Part shown: positions 31,940 through 44,522 of the stretch, in pieces
Numbering within the stretch: the first letter of the stretch is position 1
Layout: each line of letters opens with the position of its first letter
From: Octopus vulgaris
Taxonomy: Eukaryota
Reading direction: 5' to 3'
Assembly (NCBI GenBank): GCA_951406725.2
Contig: OX597823.1
Location: 18,104,001-18,168,000, forward strand
DNA: 64,000 bases
Made by a program: the position numbers and the translations under genes
The notes under the pieces: model-generated
Told to the model about the DNA's origin: nothing
The model's database searches: none
What the model saw: the letters and a program-made list of their open reading frames with translations, nothing else

Positions 31940-32515
31940 AGTTCAATATTTAAGAGATGAGGAATTATTTACATTATTTACATTATTTATATTATTTACA
32001 TTCGACTGATATCTGTCCTCATCTTGTTTGTTGTCAACACAACGTTTCGGCTGATATACCCTCCAGCCTTCTTCAGAAATGTATTGGAGAAATTTCGAAC
32101 CTGGGTTCTCATTTCTAAGGTATTTTTCGATGTTGTTATTATTTTTATTATTATTATTATTGTTATTTTTTTCTTTTTTCAAATTTGCTTCCATTTCTTG
32201 CCGAGTGTCTTCCCGACTCCTAGGGCAAAGAAATTCATAGTATACATTAGTAGGCAATTAAACTAAACTCAATAGTTCGTTCATTTTTTTTTAAAGTTAA
32301 ATTAAAATACATGGGTAGTTATTATTATTATTATTATTATTAATGTTGCTGTTTTTGTTGTTGTTGTTGTTTAGGTCACTGCTTGGAATCGAACTCGGAA
32401 TCTTGGGATTAGTAGCCCACGCTCTTAACCACAACGCTATATGCCCGTGGGTATATGGCGTAGTGGTTAAGAATGTAAATAATGTAAATAATGTATAAAA
32501 AATTTATAGAGAACT
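31940..32515 (-). mobile_element. Composite element: tRNA-like head + hammerhead-bearing tail, with an inverted 5' piece
   Basis: tRNA-like head 32373-32446; CTGAAGA A GGCTG..CAGCC GAAACGTT at 32036-32081; same tail at 42928-43012(+). Confidence 0.55.
32165..32318 (-). mobile_element. 3' UTR-only copy of the Dong-like element, flanked on both sides by (TAA)n
   Basis: Highly similar to 48330-48500. Confidence 0.9.
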
Positions 32516-32698
32516 GTTTTTCTTCGAGACAAACCCACCGCGAATGTTTTCCTGTCCCAATATATAAAAGCGTGCTAAAATCATATGCATACACGCATGT
32601 TCGAGCGCACATACGAAGGCACACACGAATTTATAATCGCTAGAAAGTCACTCGATTCAAGAGTTTATTCAATTATCTAACACGGAAGGTTTATTCTA

Positions 32699-33083
32699 GT
32701 AGTGGCTGTGTAGTAAGTAGCTTTATTACCAACCACATGGTTCCAGGTTCAGTCCCACTGCATGGCACCTTGGGCGAGTGTCTTCTACTATAGCCTCGGG
32801 CCGACCAAAGCCTTGTGAGTGGATTTGGTAGAGGGAAACTGAGAGAAGCCCGTCGTATATATGTATATATGTGTGTGTGTGTGTGCGTGTGTTTGTGTTG
32901 TTGTGTTTGTATCCCCAACATTGCTTGACAACCGATGCTGGTGTGTTTACGTCCACGTAACTAAGCGGTTCGGCAAAAGAGACCGATACAATAAGTAATA
33001 GACTTACAAACAATAAGTACTGGGGTCGATTTGGTCGACTAAGGGCGGTGCTCCAGCATGGGCGCAGTCAAATGACTGAAACA
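32699..33083 (+). mobile_element. SINE family C
   Basis: Similar to 30416-30815. Confidence 0.85.
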
Positions 33084-33380
33084 ATTATAAAAAGAGTAAA
33101 AAAAAAAGATTAAAGAGTTCTCTGCGTTTTCCTTCGGGAAAAAAACCCAAGAAAGAGAAACCGGAGTAGTTGTGAATTAGAATTATGTATATTAGGTTAA
33201 TGATTTTTGTGTGGCTGTTCGAGTTATATATTTTAGCTGCTATTTCTAGGAGCTGTAGGTGTTATTTTCACCCTTATGTACTCCACCTTTTTGGTTTTTA
33301 ATTGCTATAGCCACCTATATTATAACGTGTTTAATATATCGTAATATTAATGTATCGTTGTATCTTATTGCATATATCAT

Positions 33381-33754
33381 GGCACTCCGTCGGTTACGAC
33401 GATGAGGGTTCCAGTTGATCAAATCAACGGAACAGCCAGCTCGTGAAATTAACGTGTAAGTGGGTGAGCACTTCACAGACACGTATGCCCTTAACGTAGT
33501 TGTCGGGGCAGATTCAGCATAACACGGAGTGTGACAAGGCTGGCCCTTTGAAATATAGGTACAAAAGAAACAGAAAGAAAGAGAGAGAAAGTTATGGTGA
33601 AAGAGTGCAGCAGGGTTCGCCACTGCTCCCTGCCGGAGTCTCGTGAAGCTTTAAGTGATTTCGCTCAATAAACACTCACAACGCCCTGTCTAGGAATTGA
33701 AACCGCGATCCTCTGACCGCGAGTTCGCTGCCCTTACTGGGCCATTGCGCCTCC
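33381..33754 (-). mobile_element. SINE family A (different tail variant)
   Basis: Family A head; 3' part differs from the 866 and 25706 copies. Confidence 0.8.
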
Positions 33755-33821
<67 letters not shown>

Positions 33822-35369
33822 TGTGTGTGTGTAAGGTACGAAACATTTCATTTGTTATAGAGGGAGAATAAATTTTGTCCCAATATCTGATGTGCGTAAC
33901 GCAGAGTTTTGATGCTTTTAAGTTCCGGCTTCAATAATGTGTGTGTGTGTGTAGAGAGAGAGGGGGGAGAGAAAGAGAGAGGAGAAGGATGTATATTATT
34001 ATGTAAGAAATGTTTATCTGCACTGTAAAAAATTACTAATGTGACGACTAAAATCTACTTATCTATCCTCCAGCAAAGCTGTTAGAGTATCGGATAGAAA
34101 CCCTAGCTGTATTTGTTATGGCCCTCTGCACTTCGGGTTGAAATCTTACGCAGATCAACTTTACCTTTAACTTTCAGAGTCGATGAATAAAGTAGTAATC
34201 CAGAGCAGTGGGTTGGTGCCAACAGATTGTTATAACTTGAGATAAGATACTTTGTGGTGACCCTTTCCACTATATGAGTTCAGAGATAAATACTACCTGT
34301 AGCTTTTTTTTCGGAACCCGGTAAGAATAGATGATAAACTGTGGAAGTCTTTAAACGCATGCTAAACTATTTCGGCTGATCGCTGCCAATGCCAAAACAC
34401 CAGTTAACAGGAAAGAATACAAGGAAATCTTTAAGTTCTGCGCGCTTTCTTTCCTTTTCTGTTTATAATAAATATACATAATTTTATGTCAATAATTATG
34501 AATTTGACGTTTAGGGCGGTGGAAATTACTACAACAGCGATACCCTGTTGTTTTCTGCATTTATTTTCATTCAATTTTTTTATATTATTTTATTTTTATT
34601 TTTAACTCCAGTTGAGAAGTTTTCATTATAACAACATTCACCAGTGAAACATTTTCGTTTTTTATTTATACAAAAACATTATTTAGCAGATGTAAAGTAC
34701 ATCACAATGTTATACAACTGTTTTAATTAATAACGATTTCATCTCTAATTAACATATTATTTTCATTATGATGTCACCTGTTTTCAACTTACAGCATGTT
34801 TTCATTGAATATCCGGGCATTACTGCTTGTACTTCCGGTATGTAAATTTATTCCTTTTGTTATTATTATTATTTGGTTTGAAAAGAAGACTTTGTGTCAG
34901 ATGCCACGTATTGTCGTTGGTGTTGGTAAAGTTCTGATTGTTTCATTGAGGCATCGACATGCTATAAACAGCAACAGCATCATTCTCAAATCATATACTT
35001 CCGTCTTTAAGAAGGATAGAAACATTTGCTAAAGCATGGTACGGTCATGGCTAGAATGCCTTCGGTCCATAAGCCTGGTGAATCAATTCTATTTCCACCG
35101 CCACCACTTCCTATTCCTGCCTTTCTTCCTTCGTCTTCTTTTCCTCCCCTTCTTTTCCTCCTTCTCCTCCTTTCCCTCCTCCTCATCATCATTAATTGTA
35201 TATAAGTGTCTTTATTCCGTGCAAGTCTCGATATAAGATTATTTTTCTAACGAAGGAAATTAAAATGTCTCCTACACAAAAATATATGGTAGCATAGATA
35301 TAAGCGTTAATACTTCCATCATCAGTACCTTCCATGCTCACAGCTTGGAAGGGATACAAAAATCAAACT

Positions 35370-37290
35370 CTATATGGGTACAGGATGTCACCAACTGTAT
35401 ATAGCATGAAATACGAAAACAAATGAGTTAAATACGCAAATAACGAGAGAAAAAACGGACAAGCAATACAAAGAATGACCCTTCATCAGTTGTTGTCTGT
35501 CTACTCCCCATTTCGAGCAATCAACGACAATATGAGACTTCGAAGACAGTTGCTCCCATAAATACCAAAATAAAATTTGGGATTTATGGAGGGTCAAGGT
35601 TAGGAACGAAATCAGGACAGTGGAGACGTAAAGGGAAGCCGAACGAAAACAAACATGGAGGGTCGTTAGACATGAAAGAGGGGAAAATAGATTTAAATGT
35701 GGCTGACGCACGTTTCTGCTTCACAGACATCTTGTAATTACATTTGAACAGTATTATATTCAACTTGTTGTTAGTCTATTCAACTGTGTTCTGAAGGGAA
35801 CTAATGGTATTTTGGTTTAGCTATCACTATATTTGGTAGGTGACTCTATTCATTGAGTACAAAGAAAGTGAGAGAAAGATTTGGAAACCTGATACGACTA
35901 GATCTTAAATTAAGCCAGAGTATATTTTTTTTTAACTTATTAGCCGCTGATTCAGACATAATTTTAATACATGAGATATGTAAATTTCATTTGTGAGGCC
36001 AATCCAAATCTTTCTTTATATAAATCAAGTTTTAATTTACATGTAGTTACGTCATTCTATATGTGTAACAAGAATATACATATATGTACTTTTACGTATG
36101 AAAAATACTGATTACCACTTCATATTGGCAAATTAGATATTATACTGACATTTACCATGTAAACTTAGGTACCTTTTATTTACGTGGCGCTTACTTCATT
36201 AAAATTCATCTCTATAGAAATATTTAAAAGCCCTTCTGTAAAGATACGAACATCTTAGGGGCTGTTCCTACCTACTATTAAGCAACTGGTGCTTAAAAGT
36301 GAAAATATGGAATATTTATTCTATGCATAAATCGTATTATTTTGTATAATCTTCCCCGCTTACGAAAGGTTCTGCTATAACTGTTATTTCCCATTCTATT
36401 TTAAAATTAGTGTTTCTATCCTTCAAGGATCAGATAAATACACTTAAGCTCGTATTATGCATCTTCTCTTTATCTCTAAATTAAGCTACATCTGTACGCT
36501 ATATTTTTCCCCAAGTATTGAGCGTTTAGGGGACACATTTTATTCTTGCTACAGCTACAAGGATTTTTATCGATACTGACCCTACCTACGTTAATGGGAC
36601 CAGAATTAGATATCTTTCGTTTCTCTATCTACGAATCTACTAGTGGCTGCATCTCGGCTATAATCAGGAGTTTCCGTGGTATTTTGTGTACCGTTTGCTG
36701 TTTCTGGTCCAGCTAGCTAGCTACATTAGATATTGTAATGATAGTCTTCCTTCCACTGCTTTCCTGCATATTGGTGTATATTACCCCGTCATTGCCTGTA
36801 AGTACTGTATTCAAAATCTCTCTAAGTTGACTATTTGCCTGTTCGGTTCGATGTACGTGGTTGTTTTTTTTTATTATTTTTATTATTTTTTATTATTTTT
36901 TATTATGAATAGTATTATTAATAGCTGGCAGAATCGTTAGCACACCGGGAAAAATACTTAGCAACATTTCATTCGTCTTTTCATTCTGAGTTCAAATTTC
37001 GCCGAGGTCGACTTTGCCTTTTATCCTTTCCAGATCGATAAATTAAGTACCAGTGAAACACTGGAGTCGATGTAATCGACTAGTCCCCTCCCACAAAATT
37101 TCATGCCTTGTGCTTTTAGTAGAAAGGGATCTTAGTTTTCTCTCTATGAACTATTTTACTGCAGTCTTTTTGTTCTGAAATTCGCATATTGTCCTAAAGT
37201 AATGCACACCTATAACTCGTGCTACGTTTTTGCTGGTGAAAAGTGCCAATCTAATGGTGTGCTGTTTAAAGATTATCTTATATTTATTTG
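35370..37290 (-). mobile_element. Decayed Penelope-like element 3' half (CxC-x5-CPL linker, Naiad-like), interrupted by a family B SINE (36924-37127)
   Basis: KNPCSCSKNKMCPLNAQYLGKNIAY near 36500-36565; SYRC-like motif near 37210; terminal repeat at 35370-35700. Confidence 0.6.
35476..35596 (-). ncRNA. Structured RNA motif with reversed hammerhead-like core (family 1)
   Basis: TGACCCT|CCATAAAT..ATTTATGG|GAGCAA..TTGCTC|GAAA|21 nt|CTGATGA|AGGGTCA; three abutting Watson-Crick helices. Confidence 0.6.
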
Positions 37291-37430
37291 ATTTGAGAAA
37301 ATGACTATCTATAAAATTTATATAAAGTATATGATTCAGCTTATTAAAGAGAGTTCAACAAATTCATTTATATTTGACGAAAATGGAGGAGATTAGAAGT
37401 TAATATGGATGATGATATTTTTATTCATGT

Positions 37431-37510
37431 AACTATACGATCGTTTCATACAGAAAGACAATAAATTTATTTTACGAATCTGACTTCTCAAAAAGTACTC
37501 GTCAGTAGCC
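37431..37510 (-). ncRNA. Minimal type I hammerhead ribozyme, core intact
   Basis: GGCTA CTGACGA GTAC...GTAT GAAAC GATC GTA TAGTT. Confidence 0.7.
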
Positions 37511-38464
37511 AAAACATAAGTAAAAAAGCTAAAAAAATATGTTATAATTGCATAGGTACGGTGTTATTACTCATTTTTGTAATGTGTTATTGTTCTTGGA
37601 GTCATGTCTATTTAAACCGAACTAAAAGATAAAACTTGGGTGTTGATATGTATAATACTAATATGGGTAACATTCTCTCTGTAGATTTGTATAAAGGAGC
37701 TAATTTAAAGCTTTCATATATGAAATAAATAAAAAAAACTGATGAGGCTGTATTTTAAGCAAAGGACAAACCAAATAAGGAAGTGCAAAATTTTGAAATA
37801 CTGGAGACTAACATATATAGTTAACTGTTAAAAACCAATACGGCTTAGTAATTAACTAGAAAAAAGTGTTTAATTGTAATCATAAAATTTGTAGTTAAAG
37901 TGTTTTTAGTAAATAATAAGTCTGATTTTATAGAAAACAAAATAAGTGTAATATTATGAATTTAGCAAAACTTGTAGAAGGATATTTGAAAAGGTAGATA
38001 CCGAAAAACGCTTAATAAAATAGCAATTAAAATTTAAAAGTTTAAAAATAAATTAAATAAAATTAAGAAATTAAAAATATTGAAGATGAGGGGGAATTTA
38101 CTTACATTATCCGCTGCTAAAACATATATAATCATCTATAGAGCAGTATAGAAAAGTTATATTTAATAATAACGAAAAGAGTTGTGCACAATTGTGGAGA
38201 AAAGCTAAAAAATGAAGTTAGACTTATGCCTAGTGTAGGATAGATAACAATTAAGGGGGAAAAATTGGTCTTACTTATATGTTCTATTTATATAAGTATA
38301 AAAATATAAGAATATAAAAAGTTAATAGATTGACATCGTATGTATATGAATTTGTACACGCAAAAAATTATGCATGTACATACCGGTACAATCATATATG
38401 CATATACAAACGATTTTGTACATAGAAAAAACAGCCACTGATAAATAATTATGTATTCACACAT

Positions 38465-38515
<51 letters not shown>

Positions 38516-38614
38516 TACATTTACAAACAGATATCTTTAAATAAGATAATGTATTTACTAATAACCTATACACATCAGTACTAAAGTATATACCCTTATA
38601 CATAGAATACTCGG

Positions 38615-38749
<135 letters not shown>

Positions 38750-38838
38750 TAGATACAGACATATAGATATATAATATGTATGTATGTATGTATATATATA
38801 TATATATAAAACTAAAATTAAACTAATTATTGATATTG

Positions 38839-38870
<32 letters not shown>

Positions 38871-39321
38871 CCGCTCATAAATAATGTTTATATAGGCCTG
38901 AATGTATATTGGCCATATAGGTTTACATACGTACGCATATACATTTTAAGAACATTATAAAAATTATAAATTCAAAAAATCTTATAAATATTATAAGCAT
39001 TTTTAATAAAAATAATTATAAAAATAATTATAAAAATAGTCATAAAAAATAGTTGCTAAAATAATTTATAAAATGATTTATGAAATTTATAATGATAATC
39101 AATATATGTAATATAAAGATAGTGGATAGCATAACATGATAGTAATGTATAATTTATATATACTCATACTTACTTCTTACATACGTGCAAAAATATCCGC
39201 CTATCCATATTTACGAAGTTGAGATATTACACTCAATATACGTAATTTATCAATATATTAATTAATAATAAAATATTAGGGAATAAATCCAAACTAGATA
39301 GATAGATAGATAGATAGATAT

Positions 39322-39820
<499 letters not shown>

Positions 39821-40419
39821 TATACACACACACATATATATATATATGTATATTATAGGCAATAATATGCACGAATGGATACACACATGTATATAAGCAC
39901 AAATTTATTTTTATTGTATACATATATACATATACACACATTCATACGCACATGAAAATAGAAAAGTATATAGATGTGCATATGCACCCATATACATAGA
40001 TATACAGACGCATACACATACATACTCTCAGCTACATACACATGGGTATATACAGGTAAATACATATGTATATATACACATATACATACATAAATATATA
40101 TATATATGAATATGTATACATATATACATACACGCATACATGTATACCAATACCAATATACTCGTACATACGCAGAAGATTGTAAATAATTAAATACATA
40201 TATAGACACGTAGAGATACACATACATACACTTACAAAAATATTAAAGTAAGCATATAGCCATAGATATATATGCGCATATATATATATAGATAGATATG
40301 TGTATACATATACATTCGCAGTTACATACATATAGATACATACAGATAAATACAAATGTGCATATGTATGTACTATGCACATATATATATACACACTTAT
40401 ACACATTTATCTAATATGT

Positions 40420-40468
<49 letters not shown>

Positions 40469-40799
40469 AACATACACATATATATATATATATACATGTG
40501 TACCAGTACTAATGTACTAGTATACACGCAGGTAATTAAATTCATATGTAGGCATATTGCGTCGTATGTATATATACACACACTTACAGATATCTAAATA
40601 AGTACATAGACAAAACATCTACATATACACATACATATAGAAACAACATAGATATATGGCCATGTATACATACATGCCCATCAGTCATCAATAAATAATA
40701 TTGAATAACAAAATTAATTAATACTATTAAATTAGAATGCTAATAGGTTATTTAGATTAATAAAGAAGTATTTAGTGTGGTATTAAATAATATTAAATA

Positions 40800-42582
40800 A
40801 CACAATTAAATGATATTATTAGGTTATTTCAGATTATTGAAAAGAATGTTTTCATGTGTTTACATGAAATAACTTTTTCATCTCTAGTATTTATTCGGTT
40901 CTCTGTCATATTCGTTATTTTATAGTTTTCTTCTCGGCATAATCTACAGAATTTCTTGTTAATGATACAATTTTCCATTGAATAATGAAATCAAAATTGT
41001 CTTTTTTTGTGAGTCCAGTACATTTTTTTTTGTTTTTGAAAGTCCAGTACTATTTGCTTCTGTCTCTAAATGTCGATTCGTGGTTCGCAATCCTTGATTT
41101 GATCAAGTTTTGTGTACATCCGATATAATGATATTTTGAGGCATCATGTGTCATAATAGTTGCTTCGTATCCTATCTTTTTTCTTACAATCTCTGTCTAA
41201 CTTAAATGTGTTTGGGTCCCTACAATTACAATTTTTATGTGTAAGTAATGTGGTGTTATAACAAGACTGTGTTGATTTATATGGTTTGCAGTTATTAAGA
41301 GTATTTATATTGCTATTTGTACCATTATGTTCTGGTTTTTATTATTTTTGTATGTTTTAGGTTCAGTTTGTGTTTCTTTTTATTTTCATAGAATTGATCT
41401 AGTTTCTTATTATTAAATGAAGATATTATCTTGAAAAGGTTGGGAGAAACTAAAAATCCGAATCTGAGGTGTTTATTATCAAATATTTTTTGCATATCTA
41501 GTGCTTCAGAAGTTTTTATTAATAACCTTTCTAACAGATCTTATAAAGTTTGTCTTTAAATGTTTAGCAAAGGCAATTATTATCCATATGGTTTTGTTAG
41601 GGTCTACCTTGGTTGAGTATTGATTTGTATTCAGAAAGTCATTTTTTTCTCATACATGTTATTCGTTTCTTTTTTACTGTTTTTATTATCATTATTAATT
41701 TTATTATTATGGTTATTCTGATCTTTATTGTTAATAATCTTAACCTGGTTATTCACATTAATTGTTATCTTTATGTTCATATTCTTATCGTTAATTATAT
41801 CGTTGCAATTTATGCTATCAGTGTTTTTTCGGATTATTTACATTAGTGTAATTAGAATGGTGATAATAATTTTTAAGATTTTTGTTCTTATTATGAATTT
41901 TATTTATGTTTTAATGTTCATTATGCATAAGTATATTTTTTATTATTATAATTAGCCTGTTTAACATTATTGTTGTGTTTATGATTAGCGTTGGGGATTT
42001 TTTATTATTTGGTTATGAAAGTATACTGTTTCTTTATAAGCATTTAATTTCTCTAGTCTTAACATTATTATTTATGTAATTATTTTAATAGGATTTTTAA
42101 TAATCTTGTAGCTCTTATTGTACTTAAGTTCATACTTATATCCTGCCTTCTTAAGTGCAGTTGCAATAGTCTTTGTGGTTATTAAATGCTTCTTCGTTAT
42201 ATGATAGAAAATTTATTCTTTTCTCTATGCTTGTACGAGGGTATTCTATATTACGTGGATAGTTACTGTTTGCGTTTAGTTAACTTATGTTGGTGTTAGG
42301 TTTATGATAAGGTTGGTAAATAGAAGTATTCAGGGTTAGGGTTAGGGTTAGTTGACGTCAAGAAAGTTTACGAAGATGTTATCTTTTTCAATAGATATTT
42401 AGAGTCCTTGGTTCTTAAAAAGTGTGTGTAGTTTTTTTGTTTTTTTTTTTTGTAATTTTCCAATTTTCTATTTGAAGTGTTCCTTACTAAGAATAGGGCG
42501 TCGTCTCTGTATACTCCACCTTTGAATTCAGGGAATTCCTCTTTAAATTTGTGTGGTAAATATATGCCGACTAAGTCGGTTT
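40800..42582 (-). mobile_element. Decayed Penelope-like element (Naiad-like), RT C-half + linker + GIY-YIG
   Basis: DLVGIY..GGVYRDDALF, VNFLDV, YQPYHKPN, CNCRDPNT..DC, YIGCTQN.IKSRIANH, NSTGLS; long AT-rich tail probably extends to ~37300. Confidence 0.85.
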
Positions 42583-42698
42583 ACTATTTCTTTACACACA
42601 CATATATATATATATATTATTATTATTATTAATATGTATTACTCCGAAGTAGCAATAACATTACCTTTAATTCTCTAATTATATAGTATCTTTTAAGA

Positions 42699-42755
42699 CC
42701 AACACATGTTTCAATTGCACCTATGAGTAATCGTTGCAATCTCTTCAGGGTGCTA
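42699..42755 (-). ncRNA. Hammerhead-like motif with non-canonical cleavage site
   Basis: CTGAAGA GATTGCA...TGCAATT GAAAC AT GTG; position 17 reads G. Confidence 0.4.
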
Positions 42756-43733
42756 ACTTGTTATCTCTCGGTATGGCTGTTTAATGATTTTCTTTTATAA
42801 ACTCTGCGTTCTATAATGTAGAGTTGTTCGTTAAGTCAGACGTGAACAATCTCTATTTCAAATTCTTATTGGATAATCATTTCAAAACCTTGCATAGTTT
42901 AAATGATAATTACTCATTTATATTTGGCAACAAACAAGATGAGGACAAATATCCGTCAATTGAAAATAATGTATATAATTTACATAATTTCTCATCTCTT
43001 AAATATAGAACTGAAGTATTACAATGTTACGTTCTGTGATTATCTCCCTTGAAAGCACGTTCATCGTTTCCACGTAACCTATGGTGGCGTTGCTGTTTCC
43101 CATGTTTATTTTCGTTTGTCTATTAGAAATTTTACTCGCGTAACTATCTTAACACTCAAGTTTTAGGTAATTGCTGTTTCTTTTTAGTTGTATGGTGAAA
43201 CTAGCTTGATGTTGCCATTGATGTATTATAGCTGCTTTATTTGATTCCAGTTTTTAAAGGTTATTTTTTTCAAAAATCATATGGCTGTGTTATTTTGTTT
43301 TAACCCCACCAAGGAGGTTGTTTTAGCTGGTGTCGGTTTGGGAAATTGGGCGATTTTCAACATGTGTGTATATGAGTGGATATGATCTGCTTGGCGGAGG
43401 TCTGCGTTCTCCGAGAGCTTTTCTAGTTATTTATGTTAATTAAATTCGGTTACTTCTCTCTTCACGACATGTAATTTCTTAGCATTCCCTTCTTTTTGAG
43501 TTTCTATATTCCTTTTGACGTTATTATACTTCGAATTTATTACGCTATTCTTATTGTAATTGTTTTTTCTGAAATTTCGATATTATTTATGTGTTGCTAT
43601 AATTTGTGCAATATTACGACTAAGATACTAACCCAGTCTAATCTTATGCCGATTAAAAATTTTGGAATATTTGTGGTTTCCTTGAAAATATTTTTGAATT
43701 GCTATACGTACATACATAGATACATGTATATAT

Positions 43734-43791
<58 letters not shown>

Positions 43792-43814
43792 ATATACATA
43801 CACACACACACACA

Positions 43815-43863
<49 letters not shown>

Positions 43864-43947
43864 GGAGAAATTACCTGGCCTCTAAAGAGGAATTTGGTAT
43901 GCATATCCAGTTCCAGACCATAAATTTCTGTTTAAGCCTACAAAAGC

Positions 43948-44113
<166 letters not shown>

Positions 44114-44522
44114 TATCACTGATGGTGATGGTGATGATGGTGATGATGATAATAATGATAGTAATAGTGCTGATAATCTATCTATCTATCTACACACACA
44201 CACACTCAAAGAATTGAACCAACACAAACCTCACCTCGGCTCTATTGTTAACCAAATATGGAAGTATTATTTGACAGGCAAGAACTCTGACGTTGAAGAC
44301 AGTCAGCCAGCCAACCACCAAGCCAGCCAACGAGACAGACAGACACTACTGTGATGGTGATAATGATAAAAAAACAAAAATAACAATAATAAGATACTGC
44401 TGTGACTACACATAAAACAATATCATTGATGGTGATGGTGATGGTGATGATGATGATGATGATGATGGTGGTGGTGATAATGGTGATAGTGATAATGATG
44501 GTGATGATAATAACAATAATAA

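Noticed and set aside
41170-41235. Selenocysteine recoding, reported for some Naiad PLEs
   Set aside because: The Cys positions I could read here and at 36525-36560 are TGT, or TTT where mutated, not TGA.
42332-42351. About three TTAGGG units inside a PLE RT, suggesting a telomere link
   Set aside because: Falls on the Leu-Thr codons after VNFLDV; most simply a 6-bp slippage.
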